The notes under the pieces were generated by a model that did not search any database, had not been told where the DNA came from, and saw only the letters and a list, made by a program, of their open reading frames with translations. Positions 28,541 through 36,928 of a stretch of DNA of 64,000 nt are shown in pieces (positions within the stretch are counted from its first letter, which is position 1; each line of letters begins with the position of its first letter). Location: IMG/VR virus record IMGVR_UViG_3300027793_000055, positions 32,001 through 96,000 of that record; one strand, given 5' to 3'. The translations under genes and the position numbers were made by a program. This DNA comes from a virus.

Positions 28541-29200
28541 TCAGAAATCCTTTAAAGTATTCAAAATCAAACTTGCTTTTTCTTTTTTTCTTTTAAAGCC
28601 CAAGTCATCTTCAAAAGCATAAAGATAATTTATAAGTTTCAGGCTATCTTTTTGATTTGTGATTCTTATTTGTGAATAAGAGGACTTTTGTTTTTTTACT
28701 CTTCTAATAGAATATTTAATATTTAAGTTTTTATATATATTTTCCAAAAAAGTCCAATCTTGTTCGTATGTACTTGTTGCTGTACACTGGACTGCTTTAC
28801 TGATATTATTAAAATAGAAGCAGCCATCACCATCCCAATATCCTCTTAACCAATAATTTTTTAAATTATCTGGTATTTTTTGTAAAATTTTATCCGCACT
28901 TGCATATGATTTTTTATCATAATCGTTATTTTTCAAAAACATTGAAAATTCTTTATTAGATATGTGGTAAACCATTTGCGGTTTCCAGTCTTCTCTATTG
29001 CGATATCTTATATTCCATTCTCCGGTATCTAGAAAAACTTTTCTTAAAGATTCTATATCCTCTTTAACACTCTCTAGAGAAATCATATTACCGCACATTG
29101 AGCCATCTGCCCATAGTAGACCGAGAATATAGCAAGTATATTCATTGATATTGTCTGTAAACAGATTGTTTTTAATATTATTAATTTTTTGTTTCGGCAT
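28541..29200 (-). CDS. Double-motif LAGLIDADG homing endonuclease
   Basis: YILGLLWADGSM and WLRGYWDGDGCF. Confidence 0.9.
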   Translation of the reverse strand: MPKQKINNIKNNLFTDNINEYTCYILGLLWADGSMCGNMISLESVKEDIESLRKVFLDTGEWNIRYRNREDWKPQMVYHISNKEFSMFLKNNDYDKKSYASADKILQKIPDNLKNYWLRGYWDGDGCFYFNNISKAVQCTATSTYEQDWTFLENIYKNLNIKYSIRRVKKQKSSYSQIRITNQKDSLKLINYLYAFEDDLGFKRKKEKASLILNTLKDF

Positions 29201-29221
29201 AGATCTCCTAGGTATTATTCA

Positions 29222-29229
29222 TAAATAGT
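29222..29229 (-). promoter_or_regulatory. ACTATTTA motif in loop of RBS-sequestering hairpin
   Basis: CTTCTAG...CTAGGAG pairing encloses the motif. Confidence 0.55.
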
Positions 29230-29251
29230 ATAACTAGAAGCAATTAATAAT

Positions 29252-29905
29252 TTATTTTTTAATCCAACCCTGTTCAATATACAATGGTAGCTCTTCTTCG
29301 TCAATCTCTTTTTCTTCTATGCTCATTTCTTGAACAACCTGAAATGTCTTGTGGATATCGCCAGCCATTACATAATCGTGACCAGTAAAAGCAGAAATAT
29401 CATGATCACCATGATCCATAACATATCCCATATCTGTTAGAACACCAGATACAGAGCCGTGATAAAGAGCAATATTGATCTTTGATGGATCACTAATTTT
29501 CTGCCAATTTCCTTCATCAAAAATAGAAAGAACATTAAGAGTAATTTGTTCACTAATAGATACTTCACCTGAATCTTTTAAAAGATGAAGTTGGTTGTGT
29601 TGTAATGCTTGTACAATTGGTGTAATTGCATCCTGACGACCGCCATTTTTAAGGTTACCGTCGTGATTACCCAATAAGACATATGTGGGTGCAATATCTG
29701 CCAGATTCTTAAGGAATTCTGTTGCAAGTTCAAAGAATTCTGGACTTAATTGTGTTTTGGTATGTGCAATATCACCACAATGAACAATATAATCTACTTT
29801 TTGTTCACGTAGCTTGCTATAAATTTGTGAGAAAATCTCACGATATTCTTTATGAAATTTTAGGTTTCTTATGTGGGTGTCCGATAGATGGCAGATCTTA
29901 ATCAT
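29252..29905 (-). CDS. sbcD: SbcD/Mre11 nuclease, N-terminal fragment
   Basis: HLSDTH, GDIAH, GNHD, YHG, GDIHK metallophosphoesterase motifs. Confidence 0.9.
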   Translation of the reverse strand: MIKICHLSDTHIRNLKFHKEYREIFSQIYSKLREQKVDYIVHCGDIAHTKTQLSPEFFELATEFLKNLADIAPTYVLLGNHDGNLKNGGRQDAITPIVQALQHNQLHLLKDSGEVSISEQITLNVLSIFDEGNWQKISDPSKINIALYHGSVSGVLTDMGYVMDHGDHDISAFTGHDYVMAGDIHKTFQVVQEMSIEEKEIDEEELPLYIEQGWIKK

Positions 29906-30605
29906 CTTTTCTCCATATTTTATTATTTACAATATTCGAAATATTTGTGGCACAAGTATCAAAAATTAATGCTATATCTTTTAGCATCATTCCTTCTTTC
30001 GCCAATCTTCTTATTTCTTCTACTTTTTCCCAATTCAATTTAGAATGAGGGTTTTTTTCACCTTTTTTGCCATTACTGATTTTTATTTTTGTTTCTTCGC
30101 TTCTCTTACCTGTTGAATAAATTCCTTTTTTACCTTTATTCCAAGGAATTTGTCCTTTTTTAAATTTTGTTTTTATTTTATTTTTATGTTCGTCTGTTAG
30201 ATTTTTACCTTTATTCCAAGGATCCTTACCGAACATTCCATTATTTTCTACTACTTTCCCTTCTGAAATTATCTTTTTTGTTTCTTCGCTATGTTTTCCA
30301 TAAGAACCACCACCTTTTAGATTAAAACCTTTATCTAAATTTCTTGTTTCATAAAATATTATGAATCTATCTTCTTCTTCATCTAATTCTTTTTTGGAAT
30401 AACATTCTTTTAATATTTCCCACTCAAAATTTTCAATTCCATATTTTTTTATGGCGCTGTGAAAATAGTCATATTTAGGATTTTTACTTGCGTGTTTATG
30501 TTCGGAAACTCTTCTTGCTAAATGTTTAACGGTTTGTCCTATATAAAGTCTTCCGTCTATTTTTAAAGTTGCTTTATAAATTATTCCATATATTAATTTG
30601 CTCAT
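29898..30605 (-). CDS. GIY-YIG homing endonuclease with NUMOD3 repeats and C-terminal HTH
   Basis: GIIY...YIGQT, HSEETK, PWNKGK x2. Confidence 0.9.
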   Translation of the reverse strand: MSKLIYGIIYKATLKIDGRLYIGQTVKHLARRVSEHKHASKNPKYDYFHSAIKKYGIENFEWEILKECYSKKELDEEEDRFIIFYETRNLDKGFNLKGGGSYGKHSEETKKIISEGKVVENNGMFGKDPWNKGKNLTDEHKNKIKTKFKKGQIPWNKGKKGIYSTGKRSEETKIKISNGKKGEKNPHSKLNWEKVEEIRRLAKEGMMLKDIALIFDTCATNISNIVNNKIWRKDD

Positions 30606-30624
30606 ATATCAGATACTCCTATAT

Positions 30625-30632
30625 TAATTAGT
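30625..30632 (-). promoter_or_regulatory. ACTAATTA motif inside hairpin overlapping the RBS
   Basis: AGATACT/AGTATCT inverted repeat covering part of AGGAG. Confidence 0.55.
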
Positions 30633-30662
30633 ATCTATCTGAAATATGTGCAATTTTATACA

Positions 30663-31601
30663 TTAAATCACCAACTTGAATGCTTTTTGAATAAACGAGT
30701 CTTGTGTCATTAGGGTTGCTCGTTTTTTACGACGTGAAAATTCAAGTGTTGACATTTCACCAACATCTTTATACCCCGTCACGTCTATCTTGTAAAGTTC
30801 TACATCATACGACATTAAACTACGAATAAGGTAGTTTGTCTTTCTCTCTGCATCTGGATCTAGTGCAATATAGATCGGAGTATCATGTTTTGTTATTTCC
30901 TGAAATAGTTTAGAATCTTCTCTAAGAGTTGAACCTAATATTGGTACGGCGTTGCCTGCTTTAATGGCATCAAATACTCCTTCGACCAATACAAGATCAC
31001 TTTTCCAGTCAATAAACAAATCATTAAAAATAATATCTTTGCTTGTTGCTGGATTCATATAATTGGGTCTTTCTCCTGTATATGAGCGGGCAATAAAATA
31101 ATTGCAATATCCTTCACGATTAAAAGAAGGTACAATTATTCTATTTTTGTACATACCTTCCTTGCAATAGCCAATTTTCCAGCGAACAATATCTTCTTTT
31201 TCTAGGCCACGCTGTTGTAGGTATTTTAAAGGTTCTCTAGAAGAAAATGGTAAATTGTTATTTGCTAATGAAATAAATTCTTTTGGTAAAGAAATATGAC
31301 TTTCTTCTATCTTCTTGGTTGGAAAAAGAATATCTACAAGTGATTGGCTGATTTCTACTTCACCAGTTAAAGTTTCCCAAGTATGTTTTTGAGAAAAATT
31401 ACCATATTTACGAACTAATCTGCTTAGATTTGTGCCTTTATAATTGCAAAGCCAACATTTAAATACATTTTTTTGAATATTGACAGAAAGTTTTTTCTTT
31501 TCACTTTTACACTTTGGGCAGTAAAAAAGTAATTCCCCACCTTGTCGGAGGGGATTACCTAAAATATCAACTAAGATCTGCTGTTTCTGTTCTTGTGACA
31601 T
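30663..31601 (-). CDS. dnaG: DNA primase (DnaG/gp61-like)
   Basis: CPKC..C..C zinc finger, RIIVP, LVEGVFDAI, ALDPDA TOPRIM. Confidence 0.88.
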   Translation of the reverse strand: MSQEQKQQILVDILGNPLRQGGELLFYCPKCKSEKKKLSVNIQKNVFKCWLCNYKGTNLSRLVRKYGNFSQKHTWETLTGEVEISQSLVDILFPTKKIEESHISLPKEFISLANNNLPFSSREPLKYLQQRGLEKEDIVRWKIGYCKEGMYKNRIIVPSFNREGYCNYFIARSYTGERPNYMNPATSKDIIFNDLFIDWKSDLVLVEGVFDAIKAGNAVPILGSTLREDSKLFQEITKHDTPIYIALDPDAERKTNYLIRSLMSYDVELYKIDVTGYKDVGEMSTLEFSRRKKRATLMTQDSFIQKAFKLVI

Positions 31602-31609
31602 ACCTTAAC

Positions 31610-31638
31610 AAACTACCACAGAAAGCGCGGGGTGTCAA
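31610..31638 (-). promoter_or_regulatory. Sigma70-type promoter with extended -10
   Basis: TTGACA-N17-TAGTTT with TG at -15/-14, 8 nt before the primase ATG. Confidence 0.7.
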
Positions 31639-31666
31639 GTAGTCGTGTGGGTTATTATATTAGTGT

Positions 31667-31993
31667 TTAGGCAGGAAATCCTCGACCTTCAATTTCTATT
31701 TCTAATTGGACACCACTTCCGGAAACTACCAAAGTATCAGTCAGATCTAAAAAACCACTATACGATAGAGTAAAACCTGCCGTTAATGGATCTCCAAAAA
31801 ATATTAAATTTGGGTTATCAATAGAAAAACCTGGATTACCAATACTGGCAATTGCCGTGAAGCCTTCGCCTTCCGGTACGTTGAGTGCTTGAACACTAAA
31901 AAAAACTGAAGAACCGGCATTTATTGTTGCTGTTGATGGTGTTATTACTAATTCAACCGGTTGCTGTGTTTCTATAGATCGATAAAAAAACAT
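31667..31993 (-). CDS. MFFY-leader small beta-sandwich (Ig-like) protein
   Basis: LVITPSTATI.AGSSV.FSVQ pattern. Confidence 0.6.
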   Translation of the reverse strand: MFFYRSIETQQPVELVITPSTATINAGSSVFFSVQALNVPEGEGFTAIASIGNPGFSIDNPNLIFFGDPLTAGFTLSYSGFLDLTDTLVVSGSGVQLEIEIEGRGFPA

Positions 31994-32010
31994 ATTATAT
32001 ACCCCATTTT
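31982..32010. repeat. 29-bp gene-junction repeat copy 1
   Basis: KWGI-stop-T-ATG-FFY junction; 28/29 identical to 32718-32746. Confidence 0.75.
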
Positions 32011-32729
32011 GTTGACAAGGCAGACACTAGTGCTGATTCGTTAGCCGGAACAGATGGATATACAACGAAATCATGTATAATACCATCAAAGTATCTATAT
32101 GCACTACTCCCTACGAACATTTTTGCTGCCGGAAATCCTCCGCTGGCACTTGTATTTTTTTCTGTATAGCTATTATTATTTAGTGCTATACCAACCTTAC
32201 CTGATTTTAATCTGGCACGTAATAATATTTTTGTCGCTAGCGGGATTGGAGTAGATGCACTATTTGGATAGTTATTTGCATCAGCATATGATATACTACC
32301 ACTAGTGTACAATAATAACCCAGCCCAACCAGAACTAGTTTGCCATATGCCACCATTTGTATATGCGCCTTCGCCGGCAAAATTAACACCCGTACCCGCA
32401 GTCTGTGATAGTGTAGAGTTAACAGTAACAACCGTCGCAACATACCATTCAGTATTGCTGCCACGGAAGTCTCGGTTAGCAATTTCCATAAAATCATTTC
32501 TTGCTATATCGGGATCTAAAGTGAATGTAACGCCTGCGGGACTACTACTATGTGTTGGTCGTTTGAAAGAACCAGGTTGTACAATAGAAGATGTTATAGT
32601 CCCGGTGCTGGCCCAACTGCTCACCGCTCCATTTGCAGTAGTAATAGTGGCGATATCGCTACTATCATAACGATAAGTATATCCTGTAGGCAATGGAGAT
32701 GGCGCACTTACTTGTCTATAAAAAAACAT
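31995..32729 (-). CDS. MFFY-leader LamG-like protein
   Basis: YRYDSSD..TIT...G.VSSW, FDGIIHDFVVY, C-terminal KWGI. Confidence 0.7.
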   Translation of the reverse strand: MFFYRQVSAPSPLPTGYTYRYDSSDIATITTANGAVSSWASTGTITSSIVQPGSFKRPTHSSSPAGVTFTLDPDIARNDFMEIANRDFRGSNTEWYVATVVTVNSTLSQTAGTGVNFAGEGAYTNGGIWQTSSGWAGLLLYTSGSISYADANNYPNSASTPIPLATKILLRARLKSGKVGIALNNNSYTEKNTSASGGFPAAKMFVGSSAYRYFDGIIHDFVVYPSVPANESALVSALSTKWGI

Positions 32730-32746
32730 ATTATATACTCCATTTT
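32718..32746. repeat. 29-bp gene-junction repeat copy 2
   Basis: KWSI-stop-T-ATG-FFY. Confidence 0.75.
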
Positions 32747-33486
32747 GCTTTTAGATAGTCGGTCCACAAAACTCTTCTATCATCTGCAAGATCATCAGAG
32801 AATACAACAATTTCGTGAATAGAGCCACTTAGACTTCCGGCTCCAGACCAGTTGCCTGCTATTTCTGTTTTCCAGCCAGACGACAAAAGTGTATTTCCTG
32901 CTGCGCGAGAAACAAAAGTTCCACCATTTACTGCGACAGAAACGGAAGTACCAGTTGCCTTGCCTTCTACCAATATTTTAGTATTTAAATTTACCCCTGC
33001 GGCAGAAATGGTTTTGTGAGTACCATCATATACATGTGCTTGTGCAACTCTTGTAGTACCGCTTAGTGCCAAATAAATGCCACCATATTGGGCAAAAGCA
33101 AATATTTGATGATTACTGTAAGCATTAACATCACTTCTTGTAATATTGGCTGGATTTACAATGGCAAACATATGCCAATTTGGAGTTGATAAATTTGGAG
33201 CCGTTGTTCCTAAACGCATATAGTAAGCAATATTACTACCACTAAAGTATCTAATTGAATTACTTGTTGCTTCATATATTGGAGCATTAGTAGTATTTCC
33301 TGCACCCGGTGTTGCACTTGAAGTATTGATACCGGTACTGGCCCAACTGATTACTTTATTTGGCACCCCGTTATGAGTTGTCGTGGTTATAGATGAGATA
33401 TCGGATGCATCAAATATATACCTTGCAGAATCACTTGGACGTTCTGGGCCGGCTAATAGATTTTCTCTATAAAAAAATATACCCAT
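32731..33486 (-). CDS. MGIFFY-leader LamG-like protein
   Basis: FDASDISSIT, GSIHEIVVF, YLKAKWSI; paralogue of 31995..32729. Confidence 0.7.
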   Translation of the reverse strand: MGIFFYRENLLAGPERPSDSARYIFDASDISSITTTTHNGVPNKVISWASTGINTSSATPGAGNTTNAPIYEATSNSIRYFSGSNIAYYMRLGTTAPNLSTPNWHMFAIVNPANITRSDVNAYSNHQIFAFAQYGGIYLALSGTTRVAQAHVYDGTHKTISAAGVNLNTKILVEGKATGTSVSVAVNGGTFVSRAAGNTLLSSGWKTEIAGNWSGAGSLSGSIHEIVVFSDDLADDRRVLWTDYLKAKWSI

Positions 33487-33615
33487 TTTTATTGCTTTTT
33501 ATTATATAGAATCAACTAATATAATTAGTTTTATTTTTTGTACTGTTCTTTTACTTCTACATTTTGGATAATAAAAAATGAAAATATACCATAATATTTT
33601 AGCATATTGTTTATT

Positions 33616-34425
33616 TTATAACGTTATAGCTTCTCTATAAACTTCAAACCGGTCAATACGAACTGGGGTAACCGGTTGAGATGAATGATATAATATTCCC
33701 ATATATCCAGCAGTTGCAGAACCTATATTGTCACCAGGATACGATGGATTGTTATACCAAGGAACATATGCACCAACTTTTGTTCTTTGTATATCAACTT
33801 GGTGTATTTGTGACCAAATGTCTGCTCCGCTTCCAGTAAATACGGTTATTCTGTCGGCATCTGGGAGTCCCATAACATCCATTCTTACTCTTGTCCATGT
33901 TGCATCTGGTATTGATAATAAACTTATAGCGTAAGCATTGCTATTATTTGCGGCGTCCAAAGAAGAGTTATAAGTGGAGACATTTTCATCTCTTGCGCAC
34001 CGAAGAACCAATTCTGGATTAGTAGCAGTTGTTGCATTTAACATTATGCGATATCCTTTTAAACGATGTGCAGTGAAGGTAGTAGCCCAAGTTTGAGCTG
34101 ATAATGATGAACTATTTTTAAAACTTATCACCCCTGTTGCATGCCGGCTGGTGCTAGACTGAGAATTATCAATTCGCATCAAGGCTCTCAATGAATATGT
34201 AAAACCATATGGATATCCAAGGGAACTTGTTAATAGTGAATTGTTAATTGGTAATAAACCTCCAATCGCGCTCGTGTTGTTGGCATTGGATTGAAAATTT
34301 CGAAACCATGTTCCAGAAGAAGTTATGGGGTTTGATAGAGTGCTATGTTGCACTGCAGTTCCACTAATACTTGTTGAATAAGCGTTTGCAGTGGTAGATA
34401 TTGTTGTCCAATCAATTTGTGCCAT
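33616..34425 (-). CDS. Beta-rich virion-type hypothetical protein
   Basis: MAQIDW start; ends GYMGI...IDRFEVYR; lectin-like composition. Confidence 0.55.
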   Translation of the reverse strand: MAQIDWTTISTTANAYSTSISGTAVQHSTLSNPITSSGTWFRNFQSNANNTSAIGGLLPINNSLLTSSLGYPYGFTYSLRALMRIDNSQSSTSRHATGVISFKNSSSLSAQTWATTFTAHRLKGYRIMLNATTATNPELVLRCARDENVSTYNSSLDAANNSNAYAISLLSIPDATWTRVRMDVMGLPDADRITVFTGSGADIWSQIHQVDIQRTKVGAYVPWYNNPSYPGDNIGSATAGYMGILYHSSQPVTPVRIDRFEVYREAITL

Positions 34426-34443
34426 TTTTACTTCCTTTATATA

Positions 34444-34701
34444 TTATATATTTGGCCAGGAGCCAGATTCAAATTCTTCTGCAAGCAACACCGAACCAGT
34501 AAAAGTTGGATAAACCAGAGATGCCGTGTTATAGGTTCCATTCCAAGTTGGTTGTTCAAACGCTTCTAAAATTAAAGCAGATTCTGTAAAAGTTGGATAA
34601 ACTAGCGATGCCGTGTTATAGGTTCCATTCCAAGTTGGTTGTTCAAATTCTTCGCTAAATAATAATTTTAAAAGATTTTGTCTATAAAAAAATAAACCCA
34701 T
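34444..34701 (-). CDS. MGLFFY-leader 85-aa repeat protein
   Basis: Two 29-aa repeats plus a partial third. Confidence 0.7.
   Translation of the reverse strand: MGLFFYRQNLLKLLFSEEFEQPTWNGTYNTASLVYPTFTESALILEAFEQPTWNGTYNTASLVYPTFTGSVLLAEEFESGSWPNI
34500..34647. repeat. 87-bp-period tandem repeat
   Basis: 34500-34560 is near-identical to 34587-34647. Confidence 0.9.
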
Positions 34702-34737
34702 CTTTATTACCTCTTATTATATAGATTGCTAATATAA

Positions 34738-35253
34738 TTAGTTTTTAGTTTGTAGATATCCAGCTTGCGCTATCACCCAACTATCTGCCATATCATAATA
34801 GTGATCTTTTATATTTTCACTATTTTTTTTATTTTCAACTTTAAACCAAGTTTGATTTTGGAGCATCCAATCCATTACCTGTTGTTTGGCTGGAGTTCCT
34901 TTTGTTACTTTTATTCCACACAATTTTCTTGCTGTTCCAGAACCAATATACTGTGGTTTTATCCCTAAATGTTCCCATACCATCCACGATAAGGTTCCAT
35001 TGAACTTTGCCAGTGACAATATTGTTTTTGCTGATGAAAAACCAGGACGAAATGCTTGAAGACTTTCTTCAATAAAAACTTCTGTTATTGGATATTTTTT
35101 TCTTAGTTCTAATATGTTTTCTTTTGCTGCTTGAAGTTTATCAAGCATTTCTTCCTGCTTGAACTTCCAGCAAGTATTCAATACAACACGACCAGCGTAA
35201 TCTATAATAGTTACGCCAGTGCAAGTTGTGGATATGTCTAAACCAAGGATCAT
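34738..35253 (-). CDS. ruvC: RuvC-like Holliday junction resolvase
   Basis: ILGLDIS..CTG, VFIEE, DMADS. Confidence 0.8.
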   Translation of the reverse strand: MILGLDISTTCTGVTIIDYAGRVVLNTCWKFKQEEMLDKLQAAKENILELRKKYPITEVFIEESLQAFRPGFSSAKTILSLAKFNGTLSWMVWEHLGIKPQYIGSGTARKLCGIKVTKGTPAKQQVMDWMLQNQTWFKVENKKNSENIKDHYYDMADSWVIAQAGYLQTKN

Positions 35254-35265
35254 TTAAATATTATA

Positions 35266-36531
35266 TCACGGAATTGAGCCAGATATAGCAAATAATCGTG
35301 CAGCTATTCTATCAATTGCTTGCCTAATCGTTGTTGGATCGGGATCTGTCCAATGAGCGCCGTTTGCTGGTGTATAAGCTATTGTACTAAATGAACCAGT
35401 ATCTGCTCTTATCGTTTGGAAATCAGCTATAGCACCAAGAGATGTTCCAAGTGTTGAAGTTGTTTTATTAAATACAGAATTTGAGTAACTGAGTGTTCCG
35501 CCTATTATAATTCTGGTCGGTAATCCATTAGTATCTACTGTGGTTGAATCTACCATTTGTATTACGCTGGATGGTGATACTGAAGTTATAGCCGTACCGC
35601 CACTACTTGAGGCAATAATAGTAGAATCATTTATACCTAAAGTTCCAGAAATAAGAACTGGAGAATATAGCGTTATACTATCTCTGACTGTAACAAATGC
35701 AGTTGGATTATTTATTGTGAAATTTGAACCAGATGAAGACTGTGTACCTCCCTGAAATTCTGTAAATCCACCACTAACAACTGAAATATTTCTATTAAAA
35801 TCGCTATCAGTTGCTCTAAAATAAGCAGTTGTTGCTTTTGTAAAAGTGTCATTTATTTTACAATTATCTAAAAATAAAGCGCCAACACCACTATGCACCA
35901 AATTTGCAAGAGATATGCCGTATAATCTTATTGAAGAAGCCGGCGCAATTGACTGTGAAACGGTCATTGTTCCGGAGATATTTACTTCTCCACCATTTGT
36001 TCCTTGTGCCGCACAAATAGTGGTGTTAAATTTACCCATCGTCACATTTTCAATATATGTACCAGGGTGTATGACGATTTGATCTCCACCTTGTGTTGAT
36101 GCAGCTGCGATACCAGCAGCAACCGTTCTGTATGGACTCAATAATGTGCCATTACCAGTAATATCATTACCGCTGCCAGTTGAGACGTGCCATTCTCTTG
36201 CATACACATTTGAAGAAGCAGAAGCAGCATTTGTTGCGAAACTTGCTGTTCCAGCCAAGTTACCACTAAAAGAGCCAGTTATACTTGTTGCTTGTAAGCT
36301 AGTTAATCCGGTTACAGAACTGGCTAATGAAACAGTAACATCACCACTGGTTCCGCCACCAGTTAAATTAGTGCCAGCTGTAACAGAAGTTATATCTCCT
36401 GTTCCACCACCGCCACCACTTACTGTACCAGCAACCCAACTAGTACCATCATAAACTAGTGCATTACCACTAACAGGAGGTACGGCTGGAACTGGTATAG
36501 AATTTTTTGTAAAGCCGTCATTAAAACTCAT
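35266..36531 (-). CDS. Fibre/spike with beta-helix-like domain
   Basis: GDITSVTAG.NLTGGG, WHVSTGSGND..GNGT..SPYRT, HPGTY.ENV. Confidence 0.65.
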   Translation of the reverse strand: MSFNDGFTKNSIPVPAVPPVSGNALVYDGTSWVAGTVSGGGGGTGDITSVTAGTNLTGGGTSGDVTVSLASSVTGLTSLQATSITGSFSGNLAGTASFATNAASASSNVYAREWHVSTGSGNDITGNGTLLSPYRTVAAGIAAASTQGGDQIVIHPGTYIENVTMGKFNTTICAAQGTNGGEVNISGTMTVSQSIAPASSIRLYGISLANLVHSGVGALFLDNCKINDTFTKATTAYFRATDSDFNRNISVVSGGFTEFQGGTQSSSGSNFTINNPTAFVTVRDSITLYSPVLISGTLGINDSTIIASSSGGTAITSVSPSSVIQMVDSTTVDTNGLPTRIIIGGTLSYSNSVFNKTTSTLGTSLGAIADFQTIRADTGSFSTIAYTPANGAHWTDPDPTTIRQAIDRIAARLFAISGSIP

Positions 36532-36532
36532 T

Positions 36533-36928
36533 TCAACCTACTCCTGATGAACCAGACCAATTGTTTGGCAATTCTGTGGCTGGAATATTTGTCAATCCTG
36601 CTACGATTGAGGCACTTAATGTGGTACCATTATTACTCATTAAAAATACTTTTGATACTCTTAGATCACAGGCAAAACTCTCACCACGATCTAGTAGGAA
36701 AAAGTTAGTACCATTTATACCGTTTTCACTAAAACCAACTCTTAAACTGCCGGTAGTAGCACTTACATTTTTAACAATTATGCTTTTTGTTACCAATGGA
36801 AAATCAACTTCCAAAGGTGTACTGCCGCTAGCTGGTGCAATTAAAGATGAACTGGCCCAAGGTATTCCAGAAGCTTGGTATGAACCAACATTTGAAAGAC
36901 CTGCTTTTACGTGATTATAGGTTGACAT
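36533..36928 (-). CDS. Small virion-type hypothetical protein
   Basis: GL.NVGSYQASG.PW; beta-rich. Confidence 0.55.
   Translation of the reverse strand: MSTYNHVKAGLSNVGSYQASGIPWASSSLIAPASGSTPLEVDFPLVTKSIIVKNVSATTGSLRVGFSENGINGTNFFLLDRGESFACDLRVSKVFLMSNNGTTLSASIVAGLTNIPATELPNNWSGSSGVG

Larger units (their letters stand above)
28541..29251 (-). mobile_element. Free-standing homing endonuclease insertion splitting sbcD
   Basis: Lies between Mre11 motif IV (GDIHK) and motif V (YPGS) halves; has its own motif and RBS. Confidence 0.75.

Noticed and set aside
28500-29340. Split intein or group I intron in sbcD
   Set aside because: MSKIKIIRKK resembles an IntC start, but there is no His-Asn/nucleophile junction or IntN, and only 51 non-coding nt are available for an intron core.
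33561-33596. Possible decayed MGIFFY start in intergenic DNA
   Set aside because: Only a ~12-nt match in very AT-rich sequence; not distinguishable from chance.
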